This document shows, in pieces, positions 35,869 to 45,192 of a stretch of 64,000 bases of DNA. Made by a program: the position numbers and the translations under genes. The notes beneath the pieces are model-generated. The model had not been told where the DNA came from, did not search any database, and worked only from the letters and a program-made list of their open reading frames with translations. The DNA comes from a virus (lineage: Duplodnaviria > Caudoviricetes), in the IMG/VR virus record IMGVR_UViG_3300028833_000111, positions 1 to 64,000 of that record. One strand, written 5' to 3'. Within the stretch, counting starts at the first letter, position 1. Every line of letters begins with the position of its first letter.

Positions 35869-38800
35869 TGGAACAAAGTTACAGAATAAAAGCAAATGTT
35901 GGCAAAGACCAAGTTTTAAATGTAAATTTAAAACAAGATATTGATATATATGAAATATTGTCTCTTAAATTAAATCAAGAGAACATTTATAAGTTATACC
36001 CTGACGGCAATAAAAATAGTTCTATGAATGGAGTTATTGTTGGTAGGGTTCTTGCTAATGAAGCATTTGGAGTTCCAAACGTTAAGGTAACTGTGTTTAT
36101 ACCAATTTCTGATGTTGACGCTTTAAGACAAGATATAAGAGCAATTTATCCTTATAACTCAGTTACTGATGCTAATAGTGAAAATGTAAAATTTAACACG
36201 TTACCAAATTATAAAAAATTTGAAAAACATCAAGAAGTTGGTTCATTCCCTAAAAAGCAGCTTGTATTGGATGAAGATTCAGTTTTGGAAGTATATGACA
36301 AATATTACAAATTCACAACAGTCACAAATAAAGCAGGTGATTACATGATATTTGGTATACCTACAGGCGAACAGATAATTCATGTTGATGTTGATTTATC
36401 TGATATTGGCGTTTTATCTCAAGAGCCAAGAGATTTTATATATAAGGGATATTCAAGAGACCTATTTGAAAGCCCTACTCAGTTTAAAAAGAGTACAAAT
36501 TTAGATAGTTTACCACAAATACAAAATCAAACAGCTACAGTTACTGTTTATCCATTATGGGGAGATAAAAATGCAGGAGAAATAGCAATAACAAGAAAAG
36601 ATATAAATTTGCAATATACATTTGAGCCTACTTGTGTTTTTATTGGCTCTGTTATTACAGATAACAATCCAAATACAGTTAGTTATAATTGTATTCCAGA
36701 TAGAAATGTAGGAGAAGCAGGGCAAATGTCTGCAAGTAAGGGTAATATAGAAATGATAAGAAAAACCGTCAATGATACAGTTGAAGAATATAAAGTTAAA
36801 GGAACTGAGTTAATTGATGGCGATGGAGTATGGTGTTATCAAATACCTATGAATCTTGATTATGTAGGAATGGATGAAATAGGAAATATTATAGCAACAG
36901 ATAACCCAAAAAAAGGTATACCCACTAGGTCAAGAGTCAGATTTAGAGTAACAATTGATGAAAAAGGTAATGATGGTTCATCAAGACATAGGGCTAAATA
37001 TCTAATCCCTAACAATCCTTACATTTATGATGATTTATTAATACCTGCCGTAGAAAAAGACGTTCTTGATACTGATGCAATGTATGAATTCGGTTCAAAA
37101 ACCCCTGAATCTTGTTTTAGAGATTTGTATTGGAATAAAGTATATTCAGTAAAGAATTATATCCCAAGAATACAGATGTCTAAAATAGAAAAATCAGAAA
37201 ATTATATTGCAATTAAAGGGGTTAATAAAAAAGACGCTAGAAATAATAACCCTATACCATATAATAAGATGAACCTTAATTTTAATGTTTCTTCTTTTTA
37301 TCTTACAAGAGCTATAAGTGATAATAACAATATTATTTCAGAATTTTGGGATTATATTAAATCATATTCTAATACGTTTACTAACGATAATATGAGGGAT
37401 GAAATTATAGAAGAAACAGATGCTGTAGGACTTGACTTTTACAATGATTGGTTAAATGGGTGCTTATATTTTCCTTCTTGGCATTGGAGAGTTAAACAAA
37501 AGAAATTAGAAATGAAAGGCAACGAAAACAATTATGATAATGATTTTTGTGAATGCACAAATAATGATGACAAGCAAAAAGCAAGCACTTTATATCTTTA
37601 TAATAATTGTTCTTTGGTTTATGAAAATAACGATATGGTAATAATGACAGGAGGATGGCTAGGAGATGACATAGGAGATAAAATATACAGAAACACTATT
37701 TTTGAAAAAATGTTTACCTCGATACCTTTTGGTAGTAAAAATTTTTATAGTGGAATAATAAAAAAAGTCACAAATAAAGACGGATTAGATGTATTTTATT
37801 ATTCTTTTGGAAATAAACTTGGAAGTTCAAAGCCATCAACAATAACTGATAATGGACATGAATTATATGAGTATGCTAGGCTATTTTCAACAGATTTAAT
37901 ACTTCTTGGAAGTTTAAAAGATTGTGATATTGATGGCGTGCCAAAAATAGTAAATAATTTGCCTTCTACAACGTCAAATATACCTCCATATGGAAGATAT
38001 ATTAAGAATGAAGGAGAAGTAAGCCAAGAAAATAGAGAACAAACAGATTATTCTTATAATGGAATGAATTGGGATGAAACAAGAGATAGTGGAGGCATAA
38101 AATTTGGAGCAGGATTATTTTTTGGCATGACAAAAAAAAGATGGAAGAAAAAAATAAATAAAATTTTAAGGCCATACAGCGACATAAAAACGTGTATTAA
38201 TCTTGAAAGAATAAGCGAATTAGGAACTAATTTGGATGCTGATTATTTAATGATGGTAACAGATTCTGATGGAAATCTTTCAGTTGCTAATGGCGCTAGT
38301 GGATTGATTGATGGCCTTATAACAGAAAAAGAATTAGAAGGTATTGATTTAAGAGCATGGTTTGCAACATTAAATTTCAATAAACTTGTTGGAGTTAAAG
38401 AAAATACAACTACAGGCTATAAAACGTATCTTTTAACTTATTTTTATCCAACTAATTTTGATGGTAGGTTAGGTGATAAAATTGATAGATATAATAAAGC
38501 CGACTCAATAGCTGGTGATTATACTTTTAAACTTACAAAAGACGATAAAAATAGAGATTATCTTGATTTTAGATTTGGCTCTACGTCAGGTAATGTTACC
38601 ATTGAAACAGAAAAAAACACAGATGTGTTTACTGAAAATAATTCTGACATAAATGGAATAAATAACAATAATAATGAACCGCGTGGAGGAAAAAGAGCAA
38701 GAACAAGAGGTGGCACAATTGATAGAGAAGGAGGAAGCCGCGTCAATATGGGTGACGTAGGTGGAGGTGGTACTTCTACCAATTATACTGTCGGAGAAGG

Positions 38801-39014
38801 TTCAGTTACATATACTGTTAACATTGGAAAGTCAAACAGACATTTCTATGGATATAAATTAACTGATAACGTTACACCTTTAATAGAAAATACTTGGAAT
38901 TTTACTAATTACCCTTATGCGTTTCCTTTGTATAATAATTCATTCTATTTTTATTTTGGAATTAACCAAGGTAGTACTGCTATAGATAAATTTTATGAAA
39001 ACTTTTATTCTTAA
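35868..39014 (+). CDS. Large structural (baseplate-associated) protein
   Basis: 1048 aa in the baseplate operon; GVIVGRV...GVPNVKV...TNKAGDYMIFGIP.G prealbumin-like beta motif. Confidence 0.6.
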   Translation: MEQSYRIKANVGKDQVLNVNLKQDIDIYEILSLKLNQENIYKLYPDGNKNSSMNGVIVGRVLANEAFGVPNVKVTVFIPISDVDALRQDIRAIYPYNSVTDANSENVKFNTLPNYKKFEKHQEVGSFPKKQLVLDEDSVLEVYDKYYKFTTVTNKAGDYMIFGIPTGEQIIHVDVDLSDIGVLSQEPRDFIYKGYSRDLFESPTQFKKSTNLDSLPQIQNQTATVTVYPLWGDKNAGEIAITRKDINLQYTFEPTCVFIGSVITDNNPNTVSYNCIPDRNVGEAGQMSASKGNIEMIRKTVNDTVEEYKVKGTELIDGDGVWCYQIPMNLDYVGMDEIGNIIATDNPKKGIPTRSRVRFRVTIDEKGNDGSSRHRAKYLIPNNPYIYDDLLIPAVEKDVLDTDAMYEFGSKTPESCFRDLYWNKVYSVKNYIPRIQMSKIEKSENYIAIKGVNKKDARNNNPIPYNKMNLNFNVSSFYLTRAISDNNNIISEFWDYIKSYSNTFTNDNMRDEIIEETDAVGLDFYNDWLNGCLYFPSWHWRVKQKKLEMKGNENNYDNDFCECTNNDDKQKASTLYLYNNCSLVYENNDMVIMTGGWLGDDIGDKIYRNTIFEKMFTSIPFGSKNFYSGIIKKVTNKDGLDVFYYSFGNKLGSSKPSTITDNGHELYEYARLFSTDLILLGSLKDCDIDGVPKIVNNLPSTTSNIPPYGRYIKNEGEVSQENREQTDYSYNGMNWDETRDSGGIKFGAGLFFGMTKKRWKKKINKILRPYSDIKTCINLERISELGTNLDADYLMMVTDSDGNLSVANGASGLIDGLITEKELEGIDLRAWFATLNFNKLVGVKENTTTGYKTYLLTYFYPTNFDGRLGDKIDRYNKADSIAGDYTFKLTKDDKNRDYLDFRFGSTSGNVTIETEKNTDVFTENNSDINGINNNNNEPRGGKRARTRGGTIDREGGSRVNMGDVGGGGTSTNYTVGEGSVTYTVNIGKSNRHFYGYKLTDNVTPLIENTWNFTNYPYAFPLYNNSFYFYFGINQGSTAIDKFYENFYS

Positions 39015-39016
39015 AA

Positions 39017-42000
39017 ATGGAAACAACTAATAAAATATTACTTAATAGTTCAGTAAATAGGAAAAATGTTAATGAAAACATGTCATTAAATGTAAATCTC
39101 TATGGTAATAGGAAATTATTACCTGAAGATAGCATTAATGATTCATTAGATTCATACAATGTTTTTTTAGATGAAAGAAAATCAAGCAATAAGTTTAGGC
39201 TGATTTTAACAATCTATCCTTATTGTTCTAATGTTTTATTTAATCCATTTACTGAAATAGTTAAATATGAAGGAAGTAAAGATGTTAAAGTGCTTAATTA
39301 TGAAAGCCCAATGACTACATCGCAGCTCGAATCATATATAGGTAATCCTGGTTGTATAATAGGAAAAAAGCATGATACAAGTTTTAAATGGAATGTAACT
39401 CAGAGAAGAGAAAAATCAGTACCATCTAATTATGAGGCAATTAGAGATACACAACTATCTAATGCTAATTGTGGATTTGACTATCATTGCGGTATTGATA
39501 TTTTTAATAACCATATAATGAGGAAAAAAACATTTAAAGCAGTTAACTATAATGAAAATAATTCTCCAAAAAGCGTTGGTAACTTTGGAGAAGCTTATAA
39601 AAACGGAAATTATAGAGATGTGCTGGTTAATGAACTAGGAATTCCTCATGTTTATATTGATGGAGATTTTAACACAATTGATGATTATATGAGGGATAGG
39701 GATGGACATATAGTATCTCAGCATTTCCCAAAAATAATGGAAGGTGGCTTTTCTCATCAGAGAACAAGAATTCCAGATGGTACTGAAGCCATAATTGAAA
39801 GAACTATTTTCCCTCTTCATCTTTACCAAGGGTATGACATTTTTTCTTTTAATGAAGCTATAAAAGAAAGATTATTAGACGATAATGGATGGTATGGGTT
39901 TTCAAACCAATCAACCACTAATACTATAAAACTTATTGATACTGATAATGGAGGAAGTATCAGCGCAGTAGGTGATGAATCAGATATAAATAAAACAATT
40001 AATAATAGAATTTATTGCGATTATATAGATTTATATCCTGGTAGAAATTTGTTTTCATTTACTCCAATATATAATAGCTTTAGAAAAAGGCTTGAAAAAA
40101 ATTGGAACTATTGTTTAACATACCCAAGCGAAAGTATAACAAGTATTCCAGGTGGAGGAGAATTTCCATTTTTTAGAACAGATTCAAATGGTAATATTTC
40201 TTTAAAAGTTTATATGTTTGATGAAGGAACAAAAGATGACGATGAGACAGATTTATTAACTGTTTATTCCGTTTGTCAACATGGTTTAAAAGAAGGAGAT
40301 ACTGTTAATATATATAAAGGCAATGAGTTATTTTACGAATCAACTGAAGTATACAAAATAGTAGATAAATACGTTTTCCAAGTCATAAAAGATTCTGGAA
40401 ACATGTCAGATATGTGGGTTGAAGTTGAAGATAGAACAGCACAAGGAACTAGAATTGCTAACCCTGTTGGAGCTAATGATTATATTTCAGGAAAAACAAG
40501 TGGAGGTGTTTATGTTACTAATGGCAAAAGATACCCCATTTGTGAAAGTAATAGGTGTAATATAGACCCTAACGCGCAAGATATTCATTTTAGAAGGGTA
40601 GTCAATGATGTTGAATGTGAATATTACGTTAGAAAATTTTCAAGATTACCTAATTTTAAATTTAAAGATGAAGAAGTAAACGAATACTCATTATATGATG
40701 ATAAATATAAGGAAAAAGTAGGTACAAATAGAAGGAAAAATGAGAATAGAATACCTTTAATAAAAAGGTTTTCAAATCCTACAGACAGCAATAGCGACTT
40801 TGAAAATCACATATCAAAAGTAGGTTTTTCAAATACTGCATATAATGATGATGTTACACAAATTGTTTACACTGATGATATAGATATTTCATACCTAAAA
40901 GACAATTTAGGCAGGCCTTTAAGCGACATATTTCTTACTATTGTTAAAAATAACAAAGGATATAGAGAGTGGTATGGTATAGGCAAAAGTTTACAGCCAG
41001 AAAGCGATTTAGTAGAATATTCGCATTGTTTTGGAAAGGTAAATTCAAGTTTCCTTTTATCTGATTATTTTAGAGAAAATGTAGACAATTCTTTAGCAAT
41101 TCAAGATGTAAGAGATATAACAGCCACGAATAAAAAGGGTATTAAAATGTTTACGTCTACTAATAATGTTTCAGGCGATATTGTTAAAACAAATTCGTTT
41201 AATGATGCAGATGAAATAGATTTTGACAATACTTGGAGCTATTATGGAGATATATGTTGTTATTCTCCATTAGATTGCGATGAACAAATAATACAGACAT
41301 CTATGAATAGATTCAATACTGTTCAAAGAGAACTTTTTAATCTTAATGGAAAGGCATTGGAATACTATAATAAAGGCGTTATTGTATATGATGAAATAAA
41401 AGATACTGAGCACAATTTAATTTATTCTAACTCTGGTGGAGGAGACCCTTATAATTTATTTAAAGACAGAACATTAAAGCACACTAAACAGGTGGCTGTT
41501 GGAAATTCTTTGAATAATCTAATGACAGCAGAAGAAGGATATTATTATCAAGCACATTATAGAATACCTTTGAAGACTGTTTCTAAATCAGTAAAAAGTG
41601 ATAAGGCAATAGAATATGAAATTGAAGATGTAAAAAATACAGAAAAAAGCATAGGAGGAAGAAAAATATTTGAATTCAAAACAAAATATGAAAATGATTT
41701 TGTAAGAAATGATAAATCTGTGCTTTATAAGCGTTCAACAAATGAATATTTCTATTTGTCTGTTTATGAAATTTCATCATCTACAAGATTTACTTGTGTT
41801 ATTAATGATGAAGATTTTAAAACAGTATCATCAATACAAGGGTTATTAAATAAAGATAATATAGATGATTATGTCATTATCAAAAAAAGTGAAGGAGTTC
41901 CTTCTTATGCCAGACTTGTAAAAGATGGTTCTTGCAGATATTATTGGAGAGAAATACTTTCAAATGGTATAGAAGATGACTCTAAGGTTTATCCATTTAC

Positions 42001-42211
42001 AAATGGAGCATTTTATGTAACCCAGCAAATTAATTTCTTTTTGAGAAGACAAGACCCTAAAAAAGAAAATCTTGGAGATAATAAGATGGATATACCAGAT
42101 ATAGAAGATAAATTTGATTATGTGCCAGATGGAGAAGATATAAACAATTATCCTAATTTTATACCTGATGATAAAACTAATTATGAGGAAACAGAAATAG
42201 AAACATGTTAA
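39017..42211 (+). CDS. Large structural protein
   Basis: 1064 aa, contiguous in the baseplate operon. Confidence 0.55.
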   Translation: METTNKILLNSSVNRKNVNENMSLNVNLYGNRKLLPEDSINDSLDSYNVFLDERKSSNKFRLILTIYPYCSNVLFNPFTEIVKYEGSKDVKVLNYESPMTTSQLESYIGNPGCIIGKKHDTSFKWNVTQRREKSVPSNYEAIRDTQLSNANCGFDYHCGIDIFNNHIMRKKTFKAVNYNENNSPKSVGNFGEAYKNGNYRDVLVNELGIPHVYIDGDFNTIDDYMRDRDGHIVSQHFPKIMEGGFSHQRTRIPDGTEAIIERTIFPLHLYQGYDIFSFNEAIKERLLDDNGWYGFSNQSTTNTIKLIDTDNGGSISAVGDESDINKTINNRIYCDYIDLYPGRNLFSFTPIYNSFRKRLEKNWNYCLTYPSESITSIPGGGEFPFFRTDSNGNISLKVYMFDEGTKDDDETDLLTVYSVCQHGLKEGDTVNIYKGNELFYESTEVYKIVDKYVFQVIKDSGNMSDMWVEVEDRTAQGTRIANPVGANDYISGKTSGGVYVTNGKRYPICESNRCNIDPNAQDIHFRRVVNDVECEYYVRKFSRLPNFKFKDEEVNEYSLYDDKYKEKVGTNRRKNENRIPLIKRFSNPTDSNSDFENHISKVGFSNTAYNDDVTQIVYTDDIDISYLKDNLGRPLSDIFLTIVKNNKGYREWYGIGKSLQPESDLVEYSHCFGKVNSSFLLSDYFRENVDNSLAIQDVRDITATNKKGIKMFTSTNNVSGDIVKTNSFNDADEIDFDNTWSYYGDICCYSPLDCDEQIIQTSMNRFNTVQRELFNLNGKALEYYNKGVIVYDEIKDTEHNLIYSNSGGGDPYNLFKDRTLKHTKQVAVGNSLNNLMTAEEGYYYQAHYRIPLKTVSKSVKSDKAIEYEIEDVKNTEKSIGGRKIFEFKTKYENDFVRNDKSVLYKRSTNEYFYLSVYEISSSTRFTCVINDEDFKTVSSIQGLLNKDNIDDYVIIKKSEGVPSYARLVKDGSCRYYWREILSNGIEDDSKVYPFTNGAFYVTQQINFFLRRQDPKKENLGDNKMDIPDIEDKFDYVPDGEDINNYPNFIPDDKTNYEETEIETC

Positions 42212-45192
42212 AATACAAAGTTAGACCTTCTAAGGAAACCGAATTTATGGATTTCCCTATAAGAGAATTTTATGTATCTCCTGATTTAAACTATATATCA
42301 GGAGTAACTGATTATAATGTTGGCCTTGTTGATGGGGAAGAAGTTGTAATAAGGAGTCCTTATTTAATTGGTGATGAAATTAATACAATAAATGCAAAAA
42401 CTGTGTTTACTCAAGGTAAAGTTGGAGTAAAAATAACTTTACCTGTTTCTTCTATTACAAAAACAATGCGTTTTGATGTTTTAACTGATTCTGATGGATG
42501 CTATTATGTTAATAAAAATAAAAAAAATAGGATAGATTGTAACAATGATAATTATTCAGGTGGATATTTTTTTGAAGAAGTAGAAGAAAAATATGTAGAG
42601 TACAGAGGCGATATTTCTTATTTTTTTCATGGCGAAATAACAGGTTATCTTGTTGGCCATAAGTTTTACCAAGCAAATTATAATGATTCTTTCATTAATA
42701 TTGAAACTTATGTTCCTATAGAAGATGGTAAAATGACTATAGGAGATTATGTATATTATATAGAATTTAGAAAAGAAAATGGAAAACCAGAAATAACACT
42801 TAACAAATATAGTGACCCAATTAAAGGTAATGAATTTATAGGTTTATTAAATGGCTATTCATGCACAACAATGTCAGATACAGATGGTAGTGTTTTTATT
42901 AAAGAATATAAATCTAAAGATTGGAAAAGAGTAACAAATTTCAGTATAATAAAGCATGAAAACCCAAAACTTGAGCCTGATGACGTGATGTATGGGGGTT
43001 ATAGGCATTATGCTACTTATCAAGATGAAAATTATTATCTAAAAGACGTTTATCTTGATAATGACTATGTTGGTTATGGGATTATGATGGGGAATACGTT
43101 TTATGAAAACATTCCTGGCACTGTAGTCGATGATGTTTATGAAGCCCATAAAGATTTAATTTTTACAGATAATACAATTTATTTGCCTGAAACTGATGAA
43201 TATTTAGAAGTTAATAATAGTTTAGTGTCATTTACTGGAGGAGGTAAAATTATGCTATTTATTGATACTACAGAACATTCAGATATAGAAGTTGGTAATT
43301 TTATAATAGCTGAAAGTAACTCTCCTTTATATGTAGAAAAAACAGTAGAAGAAGATGAAAATAGAAAGTATATAACATATTGCAATAATAGATATGACGT
43401 TAAAGAACATATTTGCGATAAAGTTTTAATAGACGGCGTTGAATTTCCTTTAACGTATTTAAATGATGAAAGGACAAGTGCATCAACTATAATAAATGGT
43501 GAGACTTTGTATCTTGAAGTGTCTTCATCTAAAGCAAGGCTAACGAATGATGTTTACTACAAGTCAAACAATTCTGCATCTAATGTTATGGTTGAATATG
43601 GAAAGAATAAAAATTGGTATACAGTAATCGAAAATAGTGGTGTAACAATAAATGATATTAACTATCCATTACAAAAAAGAGAATTCGAAGATGACGAAAG
43701 TAATGAAGTGACATATTCATATTATGTTGAACTTTATGAAATAGTAAAAGAAACATTTGAAGTAGTTGAATTAAATGGTTCAAGCACATATGTATGTTAC
43801 CCTGTTGTTAATATTGATTTATTGACGAATTATGAAGAAGACCAATTCCAAAGGGAAATAACATCAATTGTTGTAGATAATTGGAAATCATTCAATTTTA
43901 CATTAAGAAAAGACACTTTTGGAAAAAATCCATTTACACCAGGAAATGGCTTAGATAATGCATTAAAATCTGAAAAGCCTTATTCTACTTCTGATGCATC
44001 ATTATTGGAAAATAAAATAAAGATACTAAGAGTTCAAAATTATTTGACATTTAAATTTCCTTTATTAAATAAAACTGCTAATAATTTAAATAGGGATGAT
44101 ATTATAAAAAATGATTTTGTTAATGATATAAAAAGGGGCGTTGTTAATGAAGTTGTTGACATGGAGAAAGATGTTTATTATCCGGTTTATAAAACAGATA
44201 AAGGATTTAAGCCAATAAATCAACTTAGGTTTAATCTTCATTTTAGAACAAGAACCCTTGATAATTGGAAAATAATTGAAGATGATAGAGAATTTAAAGA
44301 TACAACTACATTAAATTCTGAAATGTCAAATTGGTTTATTATTGATTATGATTATTATAAAAATGAATTTAAAGGCGAAAAGATTAAGTTACAAAACGCA
44401 TCAGATTTAATTGGTTTGATGAATTTTTCAACAAACGAAGTTAAAAATCAAGCTAAAAAAATTTCAAAATCATTTTTGAGGCTTTCTTATTATAGTACAA
44501 ATGACAAAAAAACACAAGTATTATTAGCCACTTCTACAATTTTTCTTGATGAAAATTATTTGTATAAAAGGTATATAGATTCACATAGAGTTGCAGATTT
44601 GGATTATGTTGATGTTAAGGATATGCAGCTATTAAATCTTTCAGTAGAAGAGGCAATATCACCTGTGATTACAAATTGTAGCGAGGTATATAGTGATGCT
44701 TATCTTAATGATAATTTAAGACTAAGCAGTAGATTTACAGTTAATGACAAATACAATACAAGGACTTCATCAGAAGGATATTACATATATATGTTTAAAG
44801 ATTATGCTAAAAAAATGCGTGAGCAAACAATTTATTTAAGCATAGAATTTAATCATGCAGGAATCGGTAAGACAGTGCAATTCATGTACCCAAGAAAGCC
44901 TATAAGTGGAGATGACGATGGCTTAGGTAGACCTCTTTATTTAGATAGCACTAGTGATGTTAAAACGCTTAAAGAAGGTTTTAAAATTAATGATATTTAT
45001 AAACAAATTTACATTCCAATTAATGTTATATATGATGAAGAAAACAACAAATATGTTTATTATTTACCTGATAGTATAAGGGAAAATGAAAAATTAGGTG
45101 TTGAAGACGAAATAATGGAATTTAATTTGTTTGAAATAAAATACGCTAATGAAGCATTAATAGAAAATTATAATGAAGATAATAAGTACTAA
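42205..45192 (+). CDS. Large structural protein
   Basis: 995 aa, overlapping neighbours in the baseplate operon. Confidence 0.55.
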   Translation: MLKYKVRPSKETEFMDFPIREFYVSPDLNYISGVTDYNVGLVDGEEVVIRSPYLIGDEINTINAKTVFTQGKVGVKITLPVSSITKTMRFDVLTDSDGCYYVNKNKKNRIDCNNDNYSGGYFFEEVEEKYVEYRGDISYFFHGEITGYLVGHKFYQANYNDSFINIETYVPIEDGKMTIGDYVYYIEFRKENGKPEITLNKYSDPIKGNEFIGLLNGYSCTTMSDTDGSVFIKEYKSKDWKRVTNFSIIKHENPKLEPDDVMYGGYRHYATYQDENYYLKDVYLDNDYVGYGIMMGNTFYENIPGTVVDDVYEAHKDLIFTDNTIYLPETDEYLEVNNSLVSFTGGGKIMLFIDTTEHSDIEVGNFIIAESNSPLYVEKTVEEDENRKYITYCNNRYDVKEHICDKVLIDGVEFPLTYLNDERTSASTIINGETLYLEVSSSKARLTNDVYYKSNNSASNVMVEYGKNKNWYTVIENSGVTINDINYPLQKREFEDDESNEVTYSYYVELYEIVKETFEVVELNGSSTYVCYPVVNIDLLTNYEEDQFQREITSIVVDNWKSFNFTLRKDTFGKNPFTPGNGLDNALKSEKPYSTSDASLLENKIKILRVQNYLTFKFPLLNKTANNLNRDDIIKNDFVNDIKRGVVNEVVDMEKDVYYPVYKTDKGFKPINQLRFNLHFRTRTLDNWKIIEDDREFKDTTTLNSEMSNWFIIDYDYYKNEFKGEKIKLQNASDLIGLMNFSTNEVKNQAKKISKSFLRLSYYSTNDKKTQVLLATSTIFLDENYLYKRYIDSHRVADLDYVDVKDMQLLNLSVEEAISPVITNCSEVYSDAYLNDNLRLSSRFTVNDKYNTRTSSEGYYIYMFKDYAKKMREQTIYLSIEFNHAGIGKTVQFMYPRKPISGDDDGLGRPLYLDSTSDVKTLKEGFKINDIYKQIYIPINVIYDEENNKYVYYLPDSIRENEKLGVEDEIMEFNLFEIKYANEALIENYNEDNKY

